A stretch of 64,000 nucleotides of DNA. Source: Balamuthia mandrillaris. Taxonomy: Eukaryota. The translations under genes were made by a program, and so were the position numbers. The stretch covers positions 1 through 64,000 of the forward strand of contig JAVKOQ020000032.1 in assembly GCA_031835245.2 (NCBI GenBank). Reading direction: 5' to 3'. The notes under the pieces are model-generated. The model did not search any database. It was not told the origin of the DNA and saw only the letters and a list, made by a program, of their open reading frames with translations. Of this stretch, positions 52,328 to 64,000 are shown piece after piece. Each line of letters begins with the position of its first letter. The first letter of the stretch is position 1.

Positions 52328-52374
<47 letters not shown>

Positions 52375-52898
52375 AGAGAACGTAAGAAGGCCTCTTCACT
52401 TTTCCTGCATCCTGGTCTATCGAGAGAAGTACCTCCAAGTAGCGCACGTTATCAGCAGCAAAGTCCTCGATGACTTCCCGCGTTATCCGTTCGAGCGCCT
52501 CGTGAGTACCAGTTACTTTGTGAATGATGGCAAACAGCTCAAAACATCTGCTCCAACATAAGTGGCTCAGTAACGGCTGGTGATGAGAAAGTGAAAAACA
52601 AAAACGCGTACTCTGAGAGAGTGCGAGAGTCGTTCAGGGGAACCTTGATCTGCCCTAGATCAAAGTCCGTTTTCTGTTGGCTTTGCTCCCACAGCTCCAA
52701 CACCGTTTGGTCCCGCAAACTTCCGTTCAGATGTGCATGCAGTTCCTGCACACGCGATACGAATGAAATCAATGACTTGGCAATGGCGCCAGAGGACACA
52801 CTTTGCTCTTTTCTACTCCCTTTAGAAAACAGTCATGAACGTACCACTTTGGGCAGAAGCCGACACCACTCCTCACTAACCCCTTGCTCTTCGCTCAT
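51341..52898 (-). CDS. ADAL: Adenosine deaminase-like protein (ADAL/MAPDA type, multi-exon)
   Basis: LPK-ELHAHLNGS, LRTTP, LLLSINR, GH, EICLTSN, TDDKGVF motifs. Confidence 0.87.
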
Positions 52899-53021
52899 CC
52901 TCCTCTTTTGTCAACAAAAAAACGCAAAAAGAAATATAAATAAATAAACGAAAACCAAAGCAACAACAGAGAAGAAGATGAAAAGAACGACAAACAACAT
53001 ACAGCAAAGGGGTGTGGGTGG

Positions 53022-53540
53022 TTATTCTTCAGGAGCAAAGGGGCTACTTGCGCTAACGGATGGAGGGTACAAAGTGACGTAGCGGCGGCGTGCGTGTTTG
53101 CGGTCCACGAGGTGCTGGCAGACGCCGCACAGCCACCGCCATTGGGTCGGCTGCAAGGACAGGCCGATGGCCGCCAGGGGCACGGCCACACGACAGAACC
53201 GACACTCCACGCATTGCAGTGGCTGCAGTTCCTCTCGCACAAACATGACGGCAGCCGTACCCGCGGCTGGGCGTTCCACTTTGGGATAGTGTTGAGGATA
53301 AATGGCAGCGACCCCAGCGGCAGTACCGGTTTCGGTTTCTCCTCCTGAACCTATTTCGGTTGCTTTCCGTTGTTGCAGCCTGGAGACGAGCTTTGGATGC
53401 TTTTCTGGACCTTGGGTTGGAAGAGCGGTCAGAAAACTGATCCAAGCAGTGAATGTTGATGAAAGCGTACGCGGTTTTACGGTCAGTGCGCCAACCTCCA
53501 AAGCGGTGGCTCTGATCCTTTTCCTTTGGTTGGGAAACAT
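53022..53540 (-). CDS. Hypothetical protein with C-terminal CxxC...CxxC (possible zinc ribbon)
   Basis: ATG at 53540 in an open frame; CRFC...CGVC; no family recognised. Confidence 0.45.
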   Translation of the reverse strand: MFPNQRKRIRATALEVGALTVKPRTLSSTFTAWISFLTALPTQGPEKHPKLVSRLQQRKATEIGSGGETETGTAAGVAAIYPQHYPKVERPAAGTAAVMFVREELQPLQCVECRFCRVAVPLAAIGLSLQPTQWRWLCGVCQHLVDRKHARRRYVTLYPPSVSASSPFAPEE

Positions 53541-53811
53541 TGTGTGGACACTGTCTCTTGTTCTCGTTCTTTCTTGCACTACTTGTTTGCTACTTTGTTT
53601 TTCTCTTTTCTGTCTTTCTCTCTTGTTAAAAAACGCGTAGTGAGTTGAATGAAGGCACCGGGTGCACTGCGTGGTGCATTCATTTTTCTGCAAGCAGCAA
53701 GTAGCGGAAACCATGTAGCAGAGAGAGCATGGCCTCACGCCAAAGATTTCTGACACGAAAAAAATAATAACAAACCCTCTCACTCGCTCTCTTGCTCTCT
53801 CTCTCTCTCTC

Positions 53812-53847
<36 letters not shown>

Positions 53848-53954
53848 GCTCTCCCTTTCTCGTGCGCTCTCTCTAGCTCTCTTTCTCTCTCGCCAGTATG
53901 CACTTATGTTAAAAAAATAAATGTCCACAGATAGATGGTTCAACTCAAGAGGTG

Positions 53955-54450
53955 TTATGAAGAAAAGAAAAGTTCGTCTTCACCACTTTCCCAGTTGCTA
54001 AGGTCCCAGCCCAGCCATGCCAAGTTTACCAACGAGGCAATAACATTCCACATTTGTTGATGCGAGGCGAGCTTCTTCTTTCTACGTTGCCGGCACGCCT
54101 TCCACTGCTTCATTCTGGCGAAGGTATTTTCAACGCGCACTCGTAGAGTGCTCACATATCTGTTTTCCATGATATCAGCCTCTGAAAGAGTACCGTTCTC
54201 CGGAGCCTTTTTGCAAACCACAGCACGATGATCATGCTCAATGCCAACAAATCCTTTATCGCCACATATTGCCTCGGAGCTTTCCAAAGCATTCCATGGT
54301 CCATCATCTCCAAGCACATTCCAGATGCCCTTGTCGCCAATGCTTCCAGGAAAGCTGCCACTTAGAGTTGATACCCAAATAGTAGGAGTTATGAAGGCAA
54401 GTATTAAAATGGTGTAATCTTGTTCCTGAAAACGAATTGAAGAACAAGAG
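53955..54450 (-). pseudogene. DDE transposase C-terminal fragment (PIF/Harbinger-ISL2EU/IS5-like, DDE_Tnp_4 type)
   Basis: SFPGSIGD, GDKGFVG, ENRYVSTLRVRVENTFARMKQWK motifs; N-terminal half not found. Confidence 0.75.
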
Positions 54451-55699
54451 CAAGTTGCCATGAGTACAAATAAAAACCAGCCAGCGAGGATAGAAAGTAC
54501 CTTGCCACTCCAGTTTGCTCCTGCATTTAAAAATAAAACCACTGTTATTATGGATTGTACACCATCTATCGATTTTGAATGGGGGTAGTACCTTGCTTAG
54601 TGCTAGGCCCTGTAGTTGTAACTGCTCTCTTTTGTGAAGCTGCTACCTGAACTTGGCCTAGAGGGATAGCAGTGGTAACAGTTGCTGGCCTAGCACCTCT
54701 GGCTCCCTCAGCCACCCTGCGTGTTGGGATCGCTGGTGTTCTTCCACCTGTTGGGGTTGCTACAGTTTGGGACCGTTGAATTGTTGTTGCTGGCAGCGAG
54801 TCAGCTTGGCTACAGGCTTGGGCTCCAGGTGTCGTTCCTGGTCTGGAGGACGGTTTAGTAACAGCACCTCTGGACCTTCTTGAGGTCATCATAACCGGAA
54901 GCATAGTTTTGGATCCTCTGGGTAGCGTGGCCAGCACCAAGTCCACTCCCATCCACTTTAGCAGCCGTGGCTCGTGTTGTTGATGTGCTGCTTGTAACTG
55001 CAGCTCCAACATCCAGTTCCTCATCCTCGTGGCGATTTGCTGCTGCTCGAAGGTCCCTTGCAGACCGGCCTTTTGCATAGACCTGGGGGTTGCATATGGT
55101 CTTCCAGCGAGTGTCTGACATCTCAAACAGGAAATCGAGTAGGCAGGTAATTGAACAAAAAGGCAACGGATTGCCACTTTGCAAATGTATGACCAGGCCA
55201 GTGCAGTCTGTTTTGTTACAGTCTCGTGGCTCTCAATCAAAGAGCTAAAAAATCGCTTAAAGGACATGGATGAACTCCATGCTGCCCAGAATTAAAATTT
55301 GTTTAGCAAACAAACTTGAGAAAAAAATTAAACTTGAGAAAAAATTTAACTTTCCAAATATGAAATAGCTGGCAGTACGGAGCTTGGGCGATGGCTACAG
55401 CAAGCTACTGGAGGACGGAGTTTCACCTCAATATATGGAAAAACATCAAGATCTCTACTCTACAATAGTTTGGCACCTATTTTGATTTTTGGTTGGTGAG
55501 TTAATTAATTATCAAACCATCTATCACGGAAGCAAATGGTTTAGGATTAAAAAAAACATAAATAAACAAGGAAGGTGTAAGTGCCTTTTCAGATGCTTCC
55601 ATTTGATATTCTTCCCATTTGGCAGTCAAGAAAGAAGAGGAGGTAGATGAGTATGAGGATGGGAATGGTGAAGAGGAGGAAAAAGAATAGGAGGAATAA

Positions 55700-56033
55700 T
55701 CAAAAGCTGAAGTTGAAGCTGAAGCCAAAGGTGAAACTGAACCCAAAGTTGAAGTTGAAGTCAAAGCTGAAGTTGAAGTGGAAGCTGAAGTCAAAGCCAA
55801 AGCTGAAGCCGAAGCTGAAGCCGAAGCCGAAGCCAAAGCTGAAGCCAAAGCCAAAGCCAAGGTCAAAGCCAAAGTCGAGGTCAAAGCCAAAGCCGAGGTC
55901 AAAGCCAAAGTCGAAGTTGAAGTCAAAGCAGCTGAAGCTGAAGCCGAAGCCGAAGCTGAAGCCGAAGCCGAAGCCGAAGTCAAAGCAGCCGAAGCTGAAG
56001 CCGAAGCTGAAGCCGAAGCCGAAGCCGAAGCCA
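55700..56033 (+). repeat. Degenerate 6-bp tandem repeat (GAAGCY/AAAGCC/GAAGTY), reads as EA/KA/EV dipeptides
   Basis: Directly visible; open in several frames on both strands. Confidence 0.85.
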
Positions 56034-57005
56034 ACAGTGAAAGAAGGCCATGCTCTAGCCAAAGTTATGGGAGGATGCCAGGAAACAGAATATCAACAAC
56101 AGCAGCAACAAAAAAACAAAATGATTAATATCTTACCCAGTTGCTGCTGATCACGGTGTAAGCCTCACTTCCTTCCATCCTTTCATTTGTTCCAAGACAA
56201 GCAAAACAGTCAGACCCATATTGCCCCTAGAGATTTTATGCCTTCAATCTGGCAGTACGCAAGGCGGTGAAGAAAAGTTCAGTTCAAATCCTAACAGCAG
56301 AAACCTTGAACAATGAAATAGTGGGAATGAGCATAGTTTATCACCTTGCAAAGTTTGTTCTGTCGAAACATGAGCGCTTTTCTATCTTTACAATTCCGCG
56401 CTCTCGGCAGAGCAGAAAGCGTTGAAGCCCCTGGCAGTGGAGCGAAGGAGGCCAGAGAAGCCGCCTCACCGGAGCAAGCTTTAACTATCGTGCCAAGATT
56501 AAACTTCATGGAGGCAATGCCGCTGTTACTCTGTTTTCCGGCGGCTTACGTGTGCAGAGTCGAAACAGGTTCTTGCTTCTTGTTCTTGTCTTCTTCTTGA
56601 TGTTCTTCTTGTTCTTGTTCTTCCTCTTCTCGCGCTCTCCCCCCTTGCTTTGGCCTCCTCCTCCCCACAAGAAACCGAAGCCGAATAATAAGGGCCACAA
56701 TTTGAGTTATATAGTTATTGTCGACAACTTTAATTGGAAATTAAGGTCCTAAAACGGATGAAGTTTGCGGCTGATGAGCATCGAACCGGGGATCCTCGGG
56801 TTGTCCTTCCGCGAAAAGGCAAAAAGCGTAAAGAAAAAGAGAGAGAGGCCCTTGAAGCTTTCGTGAAAGAGAAGAGGCAGAAATTCTTTTCGTGCAGCAC
56901 CTCTGGTATCGTGGTCCCTGTTTTAAGTTGTCTCCGTTTGCCTCTTTATTTTGGCCTAACCGAACGAAAAACATAAACAGGAAAAACAACTTTAGTCGCA
57001 CAAAA

Positions 57006-57800
57006 ATGTCCAGAGGATACGAGGATGACTTAGAAATGGCGATAGCCTTGTCCATGTCCCTCAACGGCGGTGCAGAGGGTTGGGACGGGGAAACCATGGG
57101 AGGAGGCGGCGGCGGTCGCTACAAGTACAGCTCTTCCTCTCAGAACCCAAAGTCTGGCAACCTGGTCGGCGTGGAAAGCGCCCTTATCTGCGAGCACAAG
57201 CTTTCGGACGGCCGGTCCATCCAAGTGAGGAGCGGCGACATGACCAAGGAAACGGTGGACGTGCTGGTCAACGCCGCCAACAAGCATTTGGACCATGCCT
57301 CGGGTCTTGCGGGCGCCATCATCAAGAACGGAGGAGAGATCATCCAGATCGAAAGCGACATCTACGTCTCTGAGCATGGCACCGTCCCCGAAGGAGACAT
57401 TGCCGTGACTGGCGCAGGAGAGCTGAAAGCGCAGAAAGTGATCCATGCGGTGGGTCCTATGTGGCACGGTGGAGACGAGAACGAAGAGCTTTTGCTGCGG
57501 CAGACCGTTTGGAAGAGCTTGAAGAAGACCGAAGAGTTGGGTCTGTCCAGCATCTCCATCCCTGCCATCAGCAGCGGCATCTTCCGCTTCCCCAAAGAAC
57601 TTTGCGCGGAGATCCTCTTCGCCACCGCGCTAGACTTTTACAAGTCCACCCCTTCCTCCTCCGTGAAAGAGATCCGGTTCACCAACTTTGACAAGACCAC
57701 CGTGGAGTACTTCCAGAAAGAATTTGACCGTCGCTTTGCTTCTTCCTCTTCTTCTTCCTCCTCCTCCTCCTCCACCTCGTCTGATGCTCAAGACTCCTAG
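57006..57800 (+). CDS. Macrodomain protein (MacroD/YmdB-like) with N-terminal UIM
   Basis: GDMTKETVDVLVNAAN, IHAVGP, PAISSGIFRFP; UIM-like EDDLEMAIALSM. Confidence 0.88.
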   Translation: MSRGYEDDLEMAIALSMSLNGGAEGWDGETMGGGGGGRYKYSSSSQNPKSGNLVGVESALICEHKLSDGRSIQVRSGDMTKETVDVLVNAANKHLDHASGLAGAIIKNGGEIIQIESDIYVSEHGTVPEGDIAVTGAGELKAQKVIHAVGPMWHGGDENEELLLRQTVWKSLKKTEELGLSSISIPAISSGIFRFPKELCAEILFATALDFYKSTPSSSVKEIRFTNFDKTTVEYFQKEFDRRFASSSSSSSSSSSTSSDAQDS

Positions 57801-58013
57801 TCCTTCTTCTTTCCTCTTTCTTTGTTTAGTAAACCAGCAACTGCATAAACCTGTCTCTTTCTGCTCTTTTGGTCTCCTGTTTCCACTCTCTCTCCTGGGC
57901 TTGGAGGGCAGAGAGAGGTCTGGATGCGTTGGCTTTGTTTTTTTTTTTCTTTATCGAAGAGATACTGAACACAAAAGAAACTCGCTCGCTTTGCTTTGGG
58001 AAGAGGAGGTCTA

Positions 58014-58303
58014 TTAAAGCAGTTTGGGGAATTGTCTGCCAGCCACGCGACCGCCCCGCAAGCTCTCCTTCACGTTCCTTTCAAACTCTTGTGGCCTATC
58101 TACCATCAACTGTGCAGCTTCCTTGTTCAGCGGATCATCAGGGTTTGGCTCCTGCACATTTTTAAATATGAGAGAAAATTGTAAGCTAAGGAAGAGGGAG
58201 AGAGGGAGAGAAGGAGAGAGAGAAGAATGAGAGGGAGGGAGGGAGGGAGAGAGAGAGAGAGAGAGAGAGAGAAAACTAGAGAACGAAAGAAGCCTAGAGT
58301 GAG

Positions 58304-58334
<31 letters not shown>

Positions 58335-59091
58335 AAGAAGCGAGGGCCGGAGAAAGGGAGGCAAACGTACCAAAAACAGTGTCATAAGACCAAAGAGAAC
58401 AGAGCCGAGGTTGAGAACGGGCATCCAATCTGCTCGGAGGATGTTAAGGCACACGTGGCCCTCCCAATCGATGTTGGGGTGATAGAGGAGTGTGTTGCAG
58501 GTGACCTTCGGGGGGTCGTAGGGGTAGGTTTGGGGGATGTCTACAGTGAACTGGAAGGTAGCTCCTTTGTAAAGCCCATCACTTGGCGTCACTTTGGCAA
58601 GAAAGTGCATCAGGTTGTTCGTGTCGGGGAAGTCCACATCGATGCCAGGGATTTGGTCCATTTCTGTCACATCTGCGTTTGCAAGGCAACAAAGAGCGGC
58701 GGGAGAAAAGAGAACGAACGTAGGGTCCGAGAGAGAACGAAGGAGTCAGTTTCACCCAAGCCAACTATTTGCGCAGACTTAAAAGCAAACCTTTATGGGC
58801 TCTGATTTCGGCGGCTTTGGTCTTCTTTCCTCCTCGTCCCTTGTTGGTCCTAAGGCTGAACACGTTTTCCTTGGACTTGGACTTTCGGTTCTTGAGCAGC
58901 TCCTTGGAGTTGGTGCGTTTGAGGACGTAACCTCCGGGAGTGGAGCCAGCGGCTGGCTGCTGCTCCCCATCCTCCGAGGAGGAGGCGGGCGCAGCGGCGG
59001 CTGCGTTGGTGGGCGCAGCGGCCGTGCTGGCGGCAGCGGCGCCTTCCGCCGCCTTCTTCTTCTCCTCCTGCAGACGTTTCAGCTTCAACAT
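58014..59091 (-). CDS. UBC12: NEDD8-conjugating enzyme E2 (3 exons)
   Basis: MLKL N-terminus; YHPNIDWEGHVCLNILRADW.PVL; EPNPDDPLNKEAA. Confidence 0.88.
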
Positions 59092-59612
59092 TTTTCTTTG
59101 TTGTTCTTGTGTGGTGTGCGTTAGCGAAAAATCCAAAAAAAATAAAATCAAAGGGGTGCGTTGTTGCGGCGCACCTTGCTTGCCTTTCTTTCTTTCTTTT
59201 TGGTCGCTGAAAGACAAATTGCTCCGCAGAGAGAGAGCTATCTTCCCTGAAAGGAACCACTGCGATTAGACAGATACACGGCAGAGGGAGGGGTATCGTG
59301 AAATCATGTCCACGGTAGAGCATGCTAAAATCCTGGACAAAAACTGCCGTGGTGCAAGTTTCCAGTTGCAGATAATTGTCTACAAGAATAGAGGAAACGA
59401 ACGCGAGCAGCCAACCGCTTTGTCTCACGGCTTCCGCGCGCAATACTGCTTGCCGAAAGAGCTTCTCCCTCCTCCTCCACCGCCTCCCCTCCTTTTCCCC
59501 CTCTCATCTTCCTTGCTTGTTCTTGCAAGAAGAACTAACCGAAAGAGAAAGTTTTTTTATTTTTGCTGTTGGAATCCAGCCTGAAAACCCTTGGCACTCT
59601 TTTCCCTGTTCA

Positions 59613-60419
59613 TCAGGACAACCAAAAGGCGGTCAGCATGGAAGCCGCCCCCGAAAAAGTGGGAGAACCGTCTTCACTCCCGCTGTTGGAATTGTAGGCC
59701 ACGTCTCCTCCATCGTAGACATTGCCGTCGTAGCCCACGTTGCCGCCATCATAGACAACGTTTCCGCCGTCATAGTCGACGTCCCCTCCATCGTAAACGA
59801 CGTTGCCTCCGTCGTAGTCGATGTCACCGCCGTCATAGTCAACGTCCCCTCCATCGTAAACAACGTTGCCTCCGTCGTAGTAACCAGGACAGCCTATCAC
59901 AACTGCTCCATCATAGTCATCGTAGTCATCGTAATCATCATAGTCCACATCACCGCCATCGTAACCCCCATCATACACGTTGCCACCATCGTACCGGATA
60001 TCACCACCATCATAGCGAACATCACCACCGTCGTACCGGATGTTGCCGCCATCGTAGATGTTTCCACCATCATAACGAATGTCTCCGCCATCATAACGGA
60101 TGTCCCCTCCATCGTAACGAATGTCCCCACCATCATAGCGAATATCACCACCGTCGTACCGAATGTCACCGTCATAGCGAATATCACCCCCACCATAACG
60201 TATGTCGCCTCCATCGTAGACATTACCGCCGTCGTAACGAATATCTCCGCCATCGTAACGGACGTCACCTCCATCGTAGCGAATGTCGCCTCCATCATAA
60301 GTCACAACGTCGCCATCATAGCGGACATCGCCTCCGCCATAGCCAACATCTCCTCGTCCGCCCAACGCCGCCGTTGCGAAGATTGCCACCAACAGGGTAA
60401 CCACAAGAGCTTCCTTCAT
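59613..60419 (-). CDS. Secreted Tyr/Gly/Asp-rich heptad-repeat protein (YDGGD[IV]R)n
   Basis: Signal peptide MKEALVVTLLVAIFATAALG; ~30 repeats with synonymous variation; short hydrophobic C-terminus. Confidence 0.75.
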   Translation of the reverse strand: MKEALVVTLLVAIFATAALGGRGDVGYGGGDVRYDGDVVTYDGGDIRYDGGDVRYDGGDIRYDGGNVYDGGDIRYGGGDIRYDGDIRYDGGDIRYDGGDIRYDGGDIRYDGGDIRYDGGNIYDGGNIRYDGGDVRYDGGDIRYDGGNVYDGGYDGGDVDYDDYDDYDDYDGAVVIGCPGYYDGGNVVYDGGDVDYDGGDIDYDGGNVVYDGGDVDYDGGNVVYDGGNVGYDGNVYDGGDVAYNSNSGSEDGSPTFSGAASMLTAFWLS

Positions 60420-60945
60420 CCTTGCGTGCAGTTTTGTAAGTTTTGTTTGTTGCTTGCTTGTTGCTTGCTTGTTGTTTTGTTGTTTTATGAATGCATTCAA
60501 TGGGTAGCATTGTTGTTTTTATAGTTGAATGCCTCATTGTTTTGTTGCTTGTCATGCAGCAAAAACCTTTCCTCTATTTCCACTTGATATTCCACCACCA
60601 ACGAAACAAGGGAGAATGAGCTTTACACACACACGCACGATGTGTTTTGTAAGCATCTCTCCACACCGCATACATACATACCCACGAAAGTACGTTGATG
60701 TTTCCACACAAGACGGTTGTTCTTACTTTGTAATGAATGTGATGGGAGGAAAAGAGAGAGAAGAGAGAGAGAGAGAAAAGCAAATGGAACAAAGAGATGA
60801 AGCATTTCTTTGGAAAACAATAAAAACAAACTACAACAAAGAGGAGGAAAGAGAAAAAAGAAGTGGTCCAATCACTTCTTTATCTTCCATCCACCATTCC
60901 ATTTCAGCTAAAAGGAAAAAAAGAAATGGGAGGAAGAGAAGTACA

Positions 60946-63041
60946 CTATGTGCGTGCAGCAAGAGCAATGTTGGAGGAGGCTCCCTCCTTCAGCATCATC
61001 GTGGTTCGTCTCCTCTTCTTATCTCCCCCGGCCATCGTGCCGCTAGACTCGTGGGCAAGGGACTGGTTGTTCACAGACTTTTGCAGGGCGACATTGTTCT
61101 CCTTGTCGCTCTCCTCCTCGTGCTCCTGCTGGGTCATTGAGAACATAGTGGACAAAACAGACTCGTCCCCTTCTCGCAACCGCTTCAAGACTTGCTTCGT
61201 CTTGGCTCGTTCCTCCGTCTTGAAGCTAAACTCTCTGGGTTCGGTCAAGGGCCTTGTTTCCACCGGTGGGAAGCCGCTGACAGAGCCGTCCAAAACCTTT
61301 GGGTCCAAAGGCCTGGCCTTGAACTGGTTCTTTAGCAGCTCTTCCATCAGCTCAGCCTCGTACTCCTGATGCGTCTTGCAACTGAAGAACACGATCAGCA
61401 CCGAAGAACAAGAGGAAAGGAAAGAAACGGAGAAAGGAGCTGGTACCAATGTCGTTTGCGGGTTGCGCTGTGGAAATGAAACTCGTGGGGTATGGTCAAT
61501 GGCAACACGGAGCGGATGGGGAAGGTCGTTGTTCCCGTGTAACTGTCCTTTTGCTGTGCCATGAAAGACTCTTCCTGCTCCTCTTCTTCCTGATGCTCTT
61601 CGTGACGATGATGCTCGCACCGCGGATGATGACGAGGACGTGTGGGGTAGTGTTGTTGTTGGGGTTGGTCCAAACGAACGGCGGCGGTCCTTCGTCGCAT
61701 CTTCCTCGCGGCTGTCGCTTGCTTCGAAGAAGCAGAGGAGGGGTCAGCAGCCGCGTAGATCTGGGCAAGAGCTGTCCGGGAGCGGCGACGAAGATCGAGG
61801 TCCGCTGTAGCTGCTGCCGTTAGCTTCGTGGGCTTGTCTGTGACATGGCTCTTCTTGCTATGTGTTGAAGAAGCAGTAAAGGTGGAAGTGGATTGCCTGA
61901 CTTTAACGGGGCGTGGAGTATGGACATGAGGCTTGTTGGCGAGCCCTTGTTTTGTTTGCTTGTTGGATGTAGAAGGATCCTCTTTGGCGTGGAAACGAAC
62001 TTCTTTGTTGTTGTTGTTAGAGGAGGTTTGAAGAGAAGCAAGAGGAAGAGATGGAAGGTTGACGACGTCGTCATCTTCAGCAAGAAGAGCAGCCACAATG
62101 GCTTGTTTGGAAGGTGGATTCGTTATTACTTCCTCCTCCTTCGTCATTTGCGTTTGCAACAAAGAAGACGTGCATGTTTCCGTTGTTGGTTGTGTGGAAG
62201 GAGCGGCAGTAGAGGCAGGGACGTCCTTCTTCGATGCAGTTGTCTTCTTGTGGTTGTTAGCGGTGGTGTTGTGGTTGGGTCGAACCGTTGCTAAGGGCTT
62301 CTTTGCCTTCAATGCTTCAGTCATCATCTTGGCGCGGTGCTGCTGCGTTGCTTTGGCCTTGGCGGTCAGAGGACGAACGGGATTGGTCGTAGAAGAGGTC
62401 TTTGTGGTAGAAGTATTCGTGGAAGAAGCAGACTTGTTGCTGTTGGAGGAAGCGACAACGGTGGAAGGAGGGTTCAGTCTCGGCTTGACTCGTCGTTGGG
62501 AAGCAGCATTGGTAGCCGTGGCACCAACTTCTCGCTGCTTCAACGGAGCTGGTCTTTTCCTCATGGTGTTGTAGCTCTTGTTCAGGGAGGCGGAAGAAGC
62601 AGATGAGGAAGCAGAAGCCGAGGAAGAAGCTACAGCAGCAGTAGGGCGAAATGAAGGCAGGGGAGGTTTTCTGATCAAACGATTCGGTTTTTGTGTTGTG
62701 GAGGTGGAAGTAGTGGTAGAAGAAGAGGAACCACCAGTAGGAAAGAGAGGCTTAGAGACTGGACGCACTTTCTTCTTTTTTACAACAGGTCCGGCCTTCG
62801 CAGCAGCAACATTGTCTTGAGAGATCTCAGCGGCTACGGCAGGCGGAGCGGCCGACGATCCTTGCAAGTGTTGCTTGATAAAAGTTGGGGAGAGCGGCTC
62901 CTGCTCCTCCACAAACGACTCTTGGTGGTGACGAAACCATTCCACGTCGTCGTTGGAGGACGACAGGTCCTGCTCGTCCTCCTCAAAGGCCCCAAAGTCG
63001 CAAAACTGCGGCGCGTCGATCTTGTCGTAGATGGAACTCAT
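60946..63041 (-). CDS. TPX2: TPX2-like spindle assembly factor (2 exons)
   Basis: N-terminal YDKIDAPQFCDF (Aurora-binding-like); LTIPHEFHF, FKARPL and LTEPREFSFKTEER repeats. Confidence 0.75.
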
Positions 63042-63314
63042 CTTCTTCTGCCTTGCCGTGGTACTCCTCCGTGGGTCCTTTGCCCAGTGACTCAAACGAC
63101 AGAGGACTGAGTGTTGTGCTTAGCTTTGGGTTGGCTGTTTGGAATTCGTTTCTGTTTTGGCGAACAAATCTGAAGACGTACTAACGATTATTAACGGCTA
63201 GTTTTCCCGCGCTTTTTAAACGAAAATTTTGTCGACTTAGCAGGCGTAGGTTCGACTCGAGAGAGCGACATTCCGTTTCTTTTTCTATGTCGACGAGAAA
63301 GACAGAAAGAAAAG

Positions 63315-63960
63315 ATGGAAGCAAGCGCGGTGCAGAAAGCGCAAGCTCTCACCGATTTTTTCTGCTCCGGTACAGAGTATTCCGCCAAGGTCCTCCAGAA
63401 CGTGAAACTCTCCTTTGACTCCATTCTACCGGAGAACAACGGGCTTCGTTTCTCTTTGATCGTCAGCGTACGTTACCTCTTCCTCCTAAGGCGAAAAAAA
63501 AATCGTATCAATCGAAATTGTTTTTATTATTGAAACAGGATGAAGTGGTAAACCTTGGACAAAACCTGCACGGCGGCGTCACGGCCACTTTGTTGGACGT
63601 ACTGACGAGCCTCGCCCTCTTGACCTACGACAAGAAGTCACGCGGCAGCGTTTCCACCAACCTCTCCGTCGACTACATCAGCGCCGCCCCGAACCACTGT
63701 GAGCTCTGGGCTGGTACAAATTTCCTTCCTTGCCCCTTCTTTCTTCTTCTCTTTCCTCTCGTTGCTCACAGAAACAACAAAAACAAACAGATTGTAGAGT
63801 TTTAAAGATAGGAGCAACTTTGGGTTTCACGGAGATGGAGCTGCGGCGGAAAGACAACAACGCACTTGTTGCCAAAGGCTCACATACCAAGTTCTTCCTT
63901 CCGGGTTCCTTCTCGGTTTCTTCATCCTCTTCCTCTGCACCCAAGAAAGCTGCTTTGTGA
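63315..63960 (+). CDS. Hotdog-fold acyl-CoA thioesterase (PaaI/ACOT13-like, 3 exons)
   Basis: N..QNLHGGVTATLLD, SVSTNLSVDYISAAP, LVAKGSHTKF. Confidence 0.88.
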
Positions 63961-64000
63961 GATTCTTCCTGCTGTACTGGTTTGGTGCATGAGAGAAAGA

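Noticed and set aside
56291..56976. Short divergent ORFs (56291-56509 -, 56734-56976 +)
   Set aside because: No recognisable motif or convincing exon chain; cannot be supported.
59680..60360. CRISPR-like array, or the 382-aa antisense ORF 59376-60524
   Set aside because: The repeats are contiguous 18-21-bp coding units without spacers. The antisense frame is open as a by-product, and the minus frame has the signal peptide.
1..64000. tRNA, rRNA or prokaryotic operon features
   Set aside because: None recognised by eye; a covariance-model scan would be needed to exclude small RNAs.

Overview
Eukaryotic genomic DNA with spliceosomal introns and dense microsatellites. It looks amoebozoan, but that is an inference. 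The window has two sharply different halves. (1) 1-~28.8 kb is a block of decayed mobile elements, all on the + strand. It holds two copies (A: 1-9720; B: 12186-25100) of a >=9.7-kb intron-containing unit that encodes an unknown protein with a ParB-like motif and a Cre-like tyrosine recombinase fused to a C-terminal Myb domain; both copies end at ...CCCCTAAC. It also holds a 5'-truncated chromodomain Ty3/Gypsy element, a complete but dead second chromodomain Gypsy (391-bp LTRs, CACT TSD) nested in copy B, and a 5'-truncated CRE-clade non-LTR retrotransposon followed by degenerate CCCTAA repeats. Most lesions in this block are CpG->TpG/CpA changes. (2) ~29.4-64 kb is gene-dense host sequence: ODR4-like, P-loop ATPase, a ~3240-codon coiled-coil RhoGEF, BTB protein, UBL-BAG, CH-LIM, ADAL, a DDE transposase relic, UIM-macrodomain, UBC12, a secreted YDGGD-repeat protein, TPX2-like and a hotdog thioesterase. 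The best candidate for an undescribed system is the tyrosine-recombinase/Myb element, which may be associated with telomeric repeats. All calls are by-eye motif recognition with no database searches, and exon boundaries are hand-predicted.
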